Below, piece by piece: positions 29,877-38,516 of a stretch of DNA of 64,000 nt (position 1 is its first letter; every line of letters starts with the position of its first letter). The stretch spans positions 128,001-192,000 of the forward strand of contig OZ243913.1 in the NCBI GenBank assembly GCA_965213705.1. Direction: 5' to 3'. Position numbers and translations under genes: made by a program. The notes beneath the pieces were generated by a model. It saw nothing but the letters and a program-made list of their open reading frames with translations, made no database searches and had not been told where the DNA came from. Origin of the DNA: Trueperaceae bacterium. Lineage in GTDB: Bacteria; Deinococcota; Deinococci; Deinococcales; Trueperaceae.

Positions 29877-30914
29877 CTACTTTTGCTCTAGGTAGTTTTT
29901 CAACCTCACCATTTCCAGTTGCCAAACAATTTCAGCTTTGTAGAGCTTGAAACCAAGTTCATTGTTGATAGCCAGCATCGGCGCATTTGAGTTAGCGTTA
30001 CCGGTACGGATGCGCTTGGCGACCGGACGCTCTTCTAAAACCTTCCGAATCATGGCGGCTTTGAGCCATTTGCCCAAGCCGTTACCCTGGTATTCAGGCA
30101 AAACGCCTGTGGCCTGCTGGTCGAGGTTCTCGGGGTTTTCTGGAAACCAGTAGGTTATGGTGAAGCCAGCTAACTTTTTAGAGGCTTTATGCCGAACATA
30201 AAGTACCCACCGTTCGACCCCTCGAGCTAAATCGTAAGCCTCGCCTTCACGCAAGTGCTCGGGTTTCGTTTGCCAGTCTTCCATCTCCAGGTCATCTCGA
30301 GGCGCTGTGTTCATAACCTCGAAAAGTTCGGCTACGGCGTCGATTTCATCATCAGGGTAACGACTTCCCCAAAAGCCCATTTCAAACTCACGAGCTTTCG
30401 TGTCGGCAAGGTCCAACCAATCAGCCAAGAGTTTTTCGTCTACCTCTTTTAAGACAAGCTGATTCACACCCGCCTCTGAGCCTTTGGTTGCCCCGACGTG
30501 CGTAGCAAAATCCTGACCAGCGGGTATAAATGAGGTTGTTGAGCCTGTGACAAGTCTTCGGTTGTATTTCTCGGCAAACGCGAGCACTTTTTCAAGAAGG
30601 GGTTTTGTGTAGCCCATTCTTCGGTAAGGCTTCACCACATGAAGCCCCATCGAAAAAAGGTGGAGGTTATTTTCGTCGAAGGCTACAGTCAAGAACAGCT
30701 CAGCAACGATTTTTTCGTCTTCCCACAGATGCCATACTTCGAGGTCAGCCCCTTCGATGAGTTTCCAGCTCTGGGCGTTTTTGATACTGAACTCGAGGGA
30801 CGGGTGGGGGTCGTCGGGCTCTGTTTCTTGACCTACGCTGTTTAAGTAATCATGGCGGGTCTTAAAGTAAGCGTCGCTGGCAGTTTCTGGGTCAAACAAG
30901 ATTAGTTCCGGCAT
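29877..30914 (-). CDS. Tandem-domain GNAT N-acetyltransferase
   Basis: V.KPYRRMG and TGVLPEYQGNGLGKWLK, TGNANSNAPMLAINNELGF; GGAGG RBS. Confidence 0.9.
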   Translation of the reverse strand: MPELILFDPETASDAYFKTRHDYLNSVGQETEPDDPHPSLEFSIKNAQSWKLIEGADLEVWHLWEDEKIVAELFLTVAFDENNLHLFSMGLHVVKPYRRMGYTKPLLEKVLAFAEKYNRRLVTGSTTSFIPAGQDFATHVGATKGSEAGVNQLVLKEVDEKLLADWLDLADTKAREFEMGFWGSRYPDDEIDAVAELFEVMNTAPRDDLEMEDWQTKPEHLREGEAYDLARGVERWVLYVRHKASKKLAGFTITYWFPENPENLDQQATGVLPEYQGNGLGKWLKAAMIRKVLEERPVAKRIRTGNANSNAPMLAINNELGFKLYKAEIVWQLEMVRLKNYLEQK

Positions 30915-31403
30915 GTCTTGCCTCCTTCAAAGGCATAAAACGGCTGTGTGAACAGAGCGCTGAACAGGAAATGTAGCGCCGCACTTTGCACTACTGCTTG
31001 GCGATTGAACTGTTAAAGAAACAGAAATTGCTCGCACACAGACTGTTGAGCTTTACCAAAGCTTGCGGCAAGTGGTAACCACACTCTCGTGACAGTCCGA
31101 TGAACATCCCGAGGGCGTTAGAGCTTCGTGTTAAACAAAGCTGGAAGTTTTAGGCAAGAGCTTTCAAAGTGCATTAAGGATGACACAAAATGGACCTGAC
31201 TGTCCAGTGTCCAAAAACTTCCAAAAATAATGCAAAGGGGTCAACTGAAATAGGGTGGATAATTGTAGGGTGATACAAGGGTTTGGCTTATTGGGTAGAG
31301 TCGTAAAGGTGGACTTGGAAGGTTTCAAATTTTACCCCTCGAGCCGTCTCTGCTCCTGAGCTTGGGTCGTTAGACCACCTTTCAAAATTTACTGGACTCA
31401 GAG

Positions 31404-31432
31404 TTGTCAAATCTACGGCAATGCCGTATAAT
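31404..31432 (+). promoter_or_regulatory. Toxin-antitoxin promoter with operator palindrome
   Basis: TTGTCA-17-TATAAT; perfect TACGGCA-A-TGCCGTA at 31414-31428. Confidence 0.8.
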
Positions 31433-31437
31433 TATTG

Positions 31438-31752
31438 ATGCTCGAGTTTGTTGAGACACCCTTGTTCACCAGGCTTGTCGAGCGTTACCTACCAGATGAC
31501 GGGTACGTCGAACTTCAAAATTATCTTGCGGAACATCCCGAGGCTGGAGATGTTGTCCGAGGTTCAGGCGGTGTCCACAAACTTCGTTGGGCTATGCAAG
31601 GTCAGGGCAAGCGCGGGGGGATGAGAGTCATCTACTATCTTAAGCTTACCGAAAACCGTATTTGGATGCTTACCCTTTACGCAAAAAATGTTAGAGAAAC
31701 GATATCTACGCACATACTCAAACAGATCAAGGAGGCTATCGACGATGAGTGA
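31438..31752 (+). CDS. higB: RelE/HigB-2 family toxin
   Basis: FVETPLF, PEAGDVVRGSGG..KLRW, GKRGGMRVIYY; toxin precedes antitoxin. Confidence 0.85.
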   Translation: MLEFVETPLFTRLVERYLPDDGYVELQNYLAEHPEAGDVVRGSGGVHKLRWAMQGQGKRGGMRVIYYLKLTENRIWMLTLYAKNVRETISTHILKQIKEAIDDE

Positions 31753-32047
31753 CGAAGAATTAGCTCAGTGGGAACGGGAGCGTGACCTCGGGCAAGAAAT
31801 TTTAGAAGGCATCAAAGACCTTAAAGCTGGCAAGGCTGGCCGCAGTTTCACCGCTGAGTCTTTTTTCATTGTACGTGCAAGGGAAAAGTCGGGTTTGAGC
31901 CAAAGTCGGTTTGCCAAACTTCTTGGGGTATCGGTGCGGACGCTTCAAGATTGGGAGCAGGGTCGGCGCGAGCCTTCGGGGGCGGCAAAAACTTTACTCA
32001 AAGTTGCCGAACTTCACCCTGAAATTTTGCGGGAAATAGCAGCTTAA
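31745..32047 (+). CDS. higA: HigA-type XRE HTH antitoxin
   Basis: GLSQSRFAKLLGVSVRTLQDWEQGRREPSG; ATG 31745 with GGAGG RBS. Confidence 0.85.
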   Translation: MSDEELAQWERERDLGQEILEGIKDLKAGKAGRSFTAESFFIVRAREKSGLSQSRFAKLLGVSVRTLQDWEQGRREPSGAAKTLLKVAELHPEILREIAA

Positions 32048-32050
32048 AGG

Positions 32051-32512
32051 TTACTCAGGGTCTTTGGGCAGTTCGCCCTGTTGAGCGGTGTCGCCTTGGC
32101 TATTGTCCGCCCACTCCTCCTGCGGCTGAAAGTTGAAAAAGCGCAACTCCGGCACCGCCGCCCTGTCCTCAGCCGTCTCGCCGTCCCGCGGCGCGTCCAT
32201 CGTGTAGTGCCCGATGGAGCTGATGAGCACGTTTGTCTTGATTTCGGTTCGCTCACTGTCACCGGGGTCGTCGAGTCGGCCCGAGTAGACGACCGGGGTG
32301 CCCTGTTCGTAAGCCTGCTCGAGGGCCTGCAGGTCGCCGCCCGCTTGGCCTATCTCCAAGTGCCAGGTGCCGGTCACGTCGGTTACTTCGTCCTGTTGCC
32401 CGCGGACTACTTGCAGGGTGCCCCGCCCAGGAACTCCGCCCAGTTCGGCCGGACCGGTCTCCGCACTGGGGGCGGCCTCGCCTGCGCTCAAGTCGTCCAT
32501 GTCGAAACTCAT
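32051..32512 (-). CDS. Hypothetical acidic protein
   Basis: 153-aa ORF with GAGGAGG RBS and TACACT -10 upstream. Confidence 0.7.
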   Translation of the reverse strand: MSFDMDDLSAGEAAPSAETGPAELGGVPGRGTLQVVRGQQDEVTDVTGTWHLEIGQAGGDLQALEQAYEQGTPVVYSGRLDDPGDSERTEIKTNVLISSIGHYTMDAPRDGETAEDRAAVPELRFFNFQPQEEWADNSQGDTAQQGELPKDPE

Positions 32513-32587
32513 TTAGGGCCTCCTCTGAAACGTGGTTTTTCTTGTCGTGCAGTGTAACACCCTCTCGAGCCCCTAGGATAAGGGGTC

Positions 32588-32630
32588 AAAAAAACCCGCA
32601 GCCAGGAGGAGGGCCGCGGGGAGGAGGTGT
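32588..32630 (-). ncRNA. Candidate ~43-nt sRNA with two CCUCCUC anti-SD motifs; its hairpin also serves as the mutM terminator
   Basis: Own motif promoter (32637-32670); ACACCUCCUC-CCCGCGGCC-CUCCUCCU-GGCUGCGGG-UUUUUUU. Confidence 0.55.
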
Positions 32631-32636
32631 ACGGGA

Positions 32637-32670
32637 AGTATAGGGTTCAAACCCTTACAAATTTCTTACT
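32637..32670 (-). promoter_or_regulatory. Direct-repeat activator-type promoter, copy 1
   Basis: AGTAAG-aaatt-TGTAAG-N11-TATACT. Confidence 0.7.
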
Positions 32671-33487
32671 TGCGCCGCGGCAGCTGACACTTCGGGCAAA
32701 AGTGCGTGCCTCGCCCGGCCACGACGATTTTCGAAATCGGCGTGCCGCAGCGGGGACAGGGTGCCTCTTTTTGGCCGTAGGCGTTGAGTTCGTCCAGGTA
32801 CGCCCCGACCTCGCCGTTGACGGTGCGGTAGTCGCGCAGGGTCGTGCCCTGAACCGCAATCGAGGCGGTAAGCACGTCTTTAATCATCGTCACCAGGAGC
32901 GGGATTTGCCGTTTAGGGACGCGGTTCGAAGGGGTCAGCGGGTGGATTTTGCTCGCCCATAGCGCCTCGTCCGCGTAGATGTTGCCGACGCCCGACACGG
33001 GTTTTTGGCTCAGGAGGTAGGTTTTGACGGCGACGCTGGACTTAGCGAGCGCTTCGGCAAGCTGTTCGGGGTTGAAGGCGTCGCTCAGCGGTTCCGGCCC
33101 CATCGCGTGCAGGGTCGGCAAGCTTGTATAGTCGCCCGTCGGCACGACCAGAAAGCGCCCGAAGCGGCGCGCGTCTTGAAAGTAGAGGGTAGGGTTCTCG
33201 CCCTCGTCAAGCTCGAGCCTCACCCGCACGTGCTTACCGGGGTCGCGCGGACTGACGATGCCGGTCATGCCTAAGTGGACGACCATTTCGTCGCCGCGCT
33301 CGAGCGGCAACAGGAGAAACTTGCCGCGCCGGTTCACGGCGTCGATGCGCTGCCCGGCGGCGCGTTCCAGACCGGCGTACTTCGGGCCCGGCGGCGCGTC
33401 GACGCGCTCGGCTCTCAGGATGGTCCGCCCGGTAAGCCAGGGCGCTAGCTCGCGTCGGACGGTTTCGACTTCGGGAAGTTCGGGCAA
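32666..33487 (-). CDS. mutM: Formamidopyrimidine-DNA glycosylase
   Basis: PELPEVET, RRGKF, HLGMTG, GVGNIYADE, C-terminal zinc finger CPRC...CPKCQ. Confidence 0.97.
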   Translation of the reverse strand: MPELPEVETVRRELAPWLTGRTILRAERVDAPPGPKYAGLERAAGQRIDAVNRRGKFLLLPLERGDEMVVHLGMTGIVSPRDPGKHVRVRLELDEGENPTLYFQDARRFGRFLVVPTGDYTSLPTLHAMGPEPLSDAFNPEQLAEALAKSSVAVKTYLLSQKPVSGVGNIYADEALWASKIHPLTPSNRVPKRQIPLLVTMIKDVLTASIAVQGTTLRDYRTVNGEVGAYLDELNAYGQKEAPCPRCGTPISKIVVAGRGTHFCPKCQLPRRK

Positions 33488-33502
33488 GGGGTATCACCTC
33501 AA

Positions 33503-33580
33503 AGAAGTACCGAGTACCGAGTGGAAAGTAGAAAGTGAAAAAGAAAGTTCTAGCCTTTTCGCCTCTGCTCCTCTGCGCTT
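33503..33580. repeat. Heptamer-repeat element (GTACCGA / GAAAGTA units)
   Basis: AAGTACCGAGTACCGAGTGGAAAGTA matches the 48739 copy at 24 of 26 nt. Confidence 0.65.
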
Positions 33581-33693
33581 TCGGCTCGAGACGGTTCACC
33601 AACAGAAGCGTCCAACTTGCCTAGAGTCTACCGCGCGCCGAATTGCAGCGCCGTCGGCACCTCGACATGCCACGGTAGTGCTAGCCTGGGCGC

Positions 33694-35112
33694 ATGTCAC
33701 GCTTCGACGCCGCCGTGGTGGGTTCCGGGCCGAACGGGCTGGCCGCGGGAATCGTGCTCGCCCAGGCCGGGCTCAAGGTCGCGTTGTACGAGGCGCGCGA
33801 GACCGTCGGCGGCGGGATGCGTACTGCTGAACTCACGCTGCCAGGGTTCAAGCACGACGTTTGCTCGGCGATTCACCCGCTCGGGGTGGGCTCGCCGTTT
33901 TTCAGGACGTTGCCGCTTGAAAACTACGGCCTCGAGTGGGTCTACCCGGACGCGCCCCTGGCGCATCCGCTGGACGGCGGGGCGGTAGTGCTCGAGCGGT
34001 CGTTGGACGCGACGCTGGAAAACTTGGGCGAGGACGCCAGGGCCTACGAAGCGCTGTTCGCGCCCCTCGTCGAGCACTGGGAAGGACTTGCTGGCGACTT
34101 TCTCGGGCCGCTGTTGCGCTTTCCGCAGCACCCCCTGACGCTCGCCCGTTTCGGCGTGCGGGCGCTGCCGAGCGCGACGCTGTTGGCGAACACGGTGTTC
34201 AAGGGCGAACGGGCGCGGGCGCTGTTTGCAGGCCTGGCGGCGCATTCCATTTTGCCGCTCGAGGCCCCCGCGACCGCCGCCTTTGGGCTCGTGTTGGGGC
34301 TGCTTGGGCACGCGGTCGGCTGGCCGTTTCCGAAGGGCGGGGCGCAGGTGTTCGCCGACGCCCTCAGCGCGCACTTCAGGACGCTCGGCGGCGAGGTTTT
34401 TACGGGTGCGAAGGTCGAATCGCTCGAGGGGCTCGAGGCCAAAACCGTCCTGTTAGATGTCGGGGCCAAGCAGTTTTTGGGCATGGCGGACGACAGCTTG
34501 CCGAGTGATTACCGGCGGGCGCTCGAGCGCTACCGCCACGGCGCGGGCGTGTTCAAGCTCGACTACGCCCTCAGCGGCCCGGTGCCCTGGCGGGACGAGG
34601 CTTGCTTGCGCGCCGGGACGGTTCACGTGGGCGGAACGCTGAACGAGATTGCCGCTTCGGAACGGGCCATGAAACGGGGTGAAGTCCCTGAGCGGCCCTA
34701 CGTCTTGGTCGCGCAGCAAAGTTTGTTCGACCCCAGCCGCGCACCCGAGGGCAAGCACACCTTGTGGGCGTACTGCCACGTGCCGAACGGCTCGGCGGCG
34801 GACATGACGGAGGCGGTCGAGGCGCAGCTCGAGCGCTTCGCCCCCGGTTTTCGGGAGCGCGTGCTGGCGCGGCACACCATGAACGCTCCGGCTTTCGAGA
34901 GCTACAACCCCAACTACGTCGGCGGCGACATCAACGGCGGCGCGGCTAGTTTGTGGCAACTCTTGGCGCGGCCCGTCCCGCGCCCGAATCCTTACAAGAC
35001 ACCCTTGGACGGCGTTTACCTGTGCTCCGCCTCGACGCCTCCGGGTGGCGGCGTCCACGGCATGTGCGGTTACCACGCGGCGCGGGCGGCGCTGCGCGAA
35101 GTGTTGGGTTGA
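33694..35112 (+). CDS. Phytoene desaturase-family FAD-dependent oxidoreductase
   Basis: GSGPNGL Rossmann motif, HDVCSAIHP, CSASTPPGGGVHGMCG. Confidence 0.88.
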   Translation: MSRFDAAVVGSGPNGLAAGIVLAQAGLKVALYEARETVGGGMRTAELTLPGFKHDVCSAIHPLGVGSPFFRTLPLENYGLEWVYPDAPLAHPLDGGAVVLERSLDATLENLGEDARAYEALFAPLVEHWEGLAGDFLGPLLRFPQHPLTLARFGVRALPSATLLANTVFKGERARALFAGLAAHSILPLEAPATAAFGLVLGLLGHAVGWPFPKGGAQVFADALSAHFRTLGGEVFTGAKVESLEGLEAKTVLLDVGAKQFLGMADDSLPSDYRRALERYRHGAGVFKLDYALSGPVPWRDEACLRAGTVHVGGTLNEIAASERAMKRGEVPERPYVLVAQQSLFDPSRAPEGKHTLWAYCHVPNGSAADMTEAVEAQLERFAPGFRERVLARHTMNAPAFESYNPNYVGGDINGGAASLWQLLARPVPRPNPYKTPLDGVYLCSASTPPGGGVHGMCGYHAARAALREVLG

Positions 35113-35235
35113 AGTCAAGCAGGTTTGCTTAAACAAACTACGTTTTGACAAGGCTGACGACGGGGTGACACGTTTGAGGTGATGGGTTGTGACTTACACC
35201 GTCAATCTTCTCCTCGGTCTGTTTATTCGCGCTGT

Positions 35236-36342
35236 TTATGCGTACAGGTAAAATCCGTTTTTGCCCCGTTTTTTGGCGCAGTACATCGCCTGGTCGGCCT
35301 GCGCGAGTAGGGCGTCGGGCGTGCCTGTAGTCGTTTGATAAATCGCAAAACCGACGCTGGCACTAACTTGGTATTCAACGCCTTTTAAGTCGAAGGGAGC
35401 TTGCAGCGTTTCTATCAACTTGGCGGCCACGGCGTTGACCCCTGCGGGCGTGGTAGCCGCCGGTAACAGCGCCGCAAACTCGTCACCGCTGATGCGCGCC
35501 AGCAAGTCTGCGGCGCGCAACTGCGTTTTCAAACGGGCGGCGACCTCTTTGAGAAGCAGGTCGCCTGCATGGTGACCAAGGGTGTCGTTGACCGTTTTAA
35601 AGTTGTCGAGGTCGATGAACGCCAGCGCAAACCCGCCCTGGTCGCGCTGAGCACTTTTGCAGGCCTGCGTTAAGTGAGTGTCGAACAGCAGCCGGTTGGG
35701 CAGTCCGGTCAGAGGGTCTTTGTAGGCCAGCTCGGCCACCGCCTCCGCACGGGCGCGCACCTGGTTGCTGACCTCTAAAAAGTGAGTAAGTGTGTAGAGC
35801 ATGGCAATATACACACCGCCCAAGGTGGGCACAGACAATAGAAACCCCTGGACGACGTCGTGCTCTGCTCGCGCGGGCGTCAGGTGCAACAAGTAAGGAG
35901 CGGCGAGCGCCAAGGTGCTGGCTATAAACAGGAGTGAGACTTGCAAACCTCGCCGCCTTTTGAAAGCTAAAAACGACCACACGTAAATGGGCGGCGAGAA
36001 CATCAAAAAAGCCTCGAGGTAAATTCGCATGTGAGGCTCTGACCTGCCGTACAGCAACTGCTCGAGCACCAGCAAGTTGTAGCTGCACAAAACGGCTAAA
36101 ATGCCCCACTCGACCAGTTTCAAGCTGTCCGGACGCACCCACAGCAAAAGTGCCAAAAGAGCGAGCGCGGCAAGAACCACCGGAACCAGCGTTTCATAGA
36201 AACTTTGAAACCATAAAAAGCCGCCCAGCAGCGTTTGGGATAGGCCCGCAGCGAAACCCAGCAGCAGGGCGACAAGGTAAAAGCTGCGCCGAGAGCGCTC
36301 TTCCAGAGCCGGGGGTTGGGGTTTGTTCGGGGCAGCGTACAA
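35236..36342 (-). CDS. Membrane-bound diguanylate cyclase (GGDEF domain, SGDEF variant)
   Basis: About six TMs; DPLTGLPNR, IDLDNFKTVNDTLGH, RAAD I-site, SGDEF, ADQAMY; start uncertain. Confidence 0.9.
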   Translation of the reverse strand: MYAAPNKPQPPALEERSRRSFYLVALLLGFAAGLSQTLLGGFLWFQSFYETLVPVVLAALALLALLLWVRPDSLKLVEWGILAVLCSYNLLVLEQLLYGRSEPHMRIYLEAFLMFSPPIYVWSFLAFKRRRGLQVSLLFIASTLALAAPYLLHLTPARAEHDVVQGFLLSVPTLGGVYIAMLYTLTHFLEVSNQVRARAEAVAELAYKDPLTGLPNRLLFDTHLTQACKSAQRDQGGFALAFIDLDNFKTVNDTLGHHAGDLLLKEVAARLKTQLRAADLLARISGDEFAALLPAATTPAGVNAVAAKLIETLQAPFDLKGVEYQVSASVGFAIYQTTTGTPDALLAQADQAMYCAKKRGKNGFYLYA

Positions 36343-36352
36343 GGTAGCAAAC

Positions 36353-36386
36353 AGTGTAAGTCAGCAGACGTCACAAAACTCTTACA
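36353..36386 (-). promoter_or_regulatory. Direct-repeat activator-type promoter, copy 2 (diguanylate cyclase)
   Basis: TGTAAG-agttt-TGTGAC-N11-TACACT. Confidence 0.7.
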
Positions 36387-36482
36387 CTTCGTCGGCACTC
36401 AGCGGCCCGCGTCGCGCTGCCGGGAGTCGTGCAGCTAAAAAAGCACAAAGGCAAACCCGCTCTACCGGCCGCCGGGGACGGC

Positions 36483-36504
36483 AGCGGTTCGCCGCTCTTT
36501 TTTT
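36483..36504 (+). terminator. Terminator-like hairpin with no plus-strand gene upstream
   Basis: AGCGG-TTCG-CCGCT followed by CTTTTTTT. Confidence 0.55.
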
Positions 36505-36533
36505 CTCTGTAGCCGCTTGGTTTATCATGCGCT

Positions 36534-38516
36534 ATGACCGACGTTTTGGAACCACCGCTCATCCCGCGCAAGCTGCTGTTCGGCAACCCCGAAAAAACGC
36601 AGGCGCGCCTCAGCCCGGACGGCACCCAACTCAGCTTTTTGGCGCCGCTGGACGGCGTGCTGAACGTTTTCATAGGGCCGGTGGGCGACGCGAGCGCGGC
36701 CCGGCCCGTCACTTTCGACAAACAGCGCGGCGTTCGCCAGCACGTCTGGGCCTACACGAACACCGACGTTCTTTATTTGCAAGACCAGGGCGGCGACGAG
36801 AACTGGCACCTCTACCGGGTCAACTTGTCCAGCGGCGAAACGCTCGACCTCACGCCGCTGGACGGGGTACAGGCGCAAATTCAGCACCTCAGCCCCGAGT
36901 TTCCGAACGAAGTGCTCGTCTTGCTCAACGACCGCGACCCGGCGGCCCACGACCTGTACCGGGTTGACGTAAACACCGGCGAGCGGAAAATCGTGCTGCA
37001 AAACGACGAGGGTTTTTTAGAACTCGTCAGCGACGAACAGTTTCGGGTGCGCTTCGGCGTGCGCATGACCCTCGACGGCGGCTCGGACATCTTCCAGCGC
37101 ACCGAGGTCGACACGTGGGCGAGCTACGCCTCGGTGGTGTTGGAAGACCAGCTGACCACGACGCCGGTCGGGGTGGCCGGCACCACCTTGTACCTGCTCG
37201 ACAGCCGCGGGCGCGACACGGGCGCGCTGTTCGACATAGACTTAGCGAACGGCGACCGCACGGTGTTGCTGGCCGACGAGCGCGTCGACGTCAGCGACGT
37301 GCTACGCCACCCGCGCACCCAGCGTGTTCAAGCCGCCGCCGTAGACTTTGAGAAAAAGCGCTGGGTCGCGCTCGACCCGGACATCGAAGCGGACTTGAAG
37401 TATTTGGGGACGGTCGCCGAGGGCGTGTTCGACGTCGTCGACCGCACCCTCATGGACGACGCCTGGATAGTCGCCTACCGCCCCGACGACGGCCCCGCGA
37501 GCTACTACTTGTACGAGCGGCCGGGGCTGAAAGCGCGGTTTTTGTTCTTCGACAAACCCGCCCTCGAGCCCGTCCCACTCGCCAAGCTGCACCCGGTCGT
37601 CATTCCTGCGCGGGACGGACTTGAGCTGATGAGCTACCTCACGCTTCCCTTAAACAGCCACGAAAACAGCGACCCGGACGGTTTGCCGCGGCCTGCACAA
37701 CCCCTGCCGACGGTGCTGCTCGTTCACGGCGGCCCCTGGGGGCGCGACGGCTGGGGTTTCGACCCGTACCACCAGCTCCTCGCCAACCGCGGCTACGCGG
37801 TGTTGAGCGTGAACTTTCGCGGCTCGACCGGTTTCGGCAAGGCGTTCGTCAACGCGGGCAACTTGGCCTGGGGCCGGGAGATGCACGACGACCTGCTCGA
37901 CGCGGTCGCCTGGGCGGTTGCAAAAGGCGTCGCGCAGGCGGACAAAGTCGCCATCATGGGCGGCTCTTACGGGGGTTACGCGGCGCTGGTGGGTCTCGCT
38001 TTCACGCCCGACGTGTTCGCGGCGGGCGTGGACATCGTGGGGCCGTCGAACCTCGTGACCCTGCTCGAGTCTATTCCGCCCTACTGGGCACCGATGCTCA
38101 ACATGCTCGCCACCCGCGTCGGCGACCCCCGCACCGAGGCGGGCCGAGAACTGTTGACGGAGCGCTCGCCCGTCAACCACGCCGACCGCATCGTCAAACC
38201 GCTCCTCATCGGCCAGGGCGCGAATGACCCGCGCGTCAAGCGGGCCGAGTCCGACGGCATCGTTCAGGCGCTGGAGAACAACGAGGTCCCGGTGACTTAC
38301 GTCCTTTATCCCGACGAAGGCCACGGCTTCGCCCGGCCCGAAAACGCGCTGTCGTTCAACGCCGTCGTCGAGGCGTTTTTGGCTCAGCACCTGGGCGGAC
38401 GCTTCGAGCCCGTGGGGAAAGATTTTGCGGGCTCGAGCCTCGAAGTCCTGAGCGGCTTGGACGGCGTGCCGGGTTTGGCGGAGGCCGTGACGGCCAAAAC
38501 AGAGGCCGAAGCGTGA
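36534..38516 (+). CDS. S9 family peptidase (dipeptidyl/acylaminoacyl peptidase)
   Basis: VHGGPW, GGSYGG, GANDPRV, DEGHGF. Confidence 0.93.
   Translation: MTDVLEPPLIPRKLLFGNPEKTQARLSPDGTQLSFLAPLDGVLNVFIGPVGDASAARPVTFDKQRGVRQHVWAYTNTDVLYLQDQGGDENWHLYRVNLSSGETLDLTPLDGVQAQIQHLSPEFPNEVLVLLNDRDPAAHDLYRVDVNTGERKIVLQNDEGFLELVSDEQFRVRFGVRMTLDGGSDIFQRTEVDTWASYASVVLEDQLTTTPVGVAGTTLYLLDSRGRDTGALFDIDLANGDRTVLLADERVDVSDVLRHPRTQRVQAAAVDFEKKRWVALDPDIEADLKYLGTVAEGVFDVVDRTLMDDAWIVAYRPDDGPASYYLYERPGLKARFLFFDKPALEPVPLAKLHPVVIPARDGLELMSYLTLPLNSHENSDPDGLPRPAQPLPTVLLVHGGPWGRDGWGFDPYHQLLANRGYAVLSVNFRGSTGFGKAFVNAGNLAWGREMHDDLLDAVAWAVAKGVAQADKVAIMGGSYGGYAALVGLAFTPDVFAAGVDIVGPSNLVTLLESIPPYWAPMLNMLATRVGDPRTEAGRELLTERSPVNHADRIVKPLLIGQGANDPRVKRAESDGIVQALENNEVPVTYVLYPDEGHGFARPENALSFNAVVEAFLAQHLGGRFEPVGKDFAGSSLEVLSGLDGVPGLAEAVTAKTEAEA

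Noticed and set aside
33694..35112. Assignment as crtI or crtO
   Set aside because: No carotenoid genes nearby; only family-level motifs
36444..36496. Firm c-di-GMP-I riboswitch call
   Set aside because: GNRA tetraloop and second stem are missing and it points away from the cyclase; kept only as a candidate RNA
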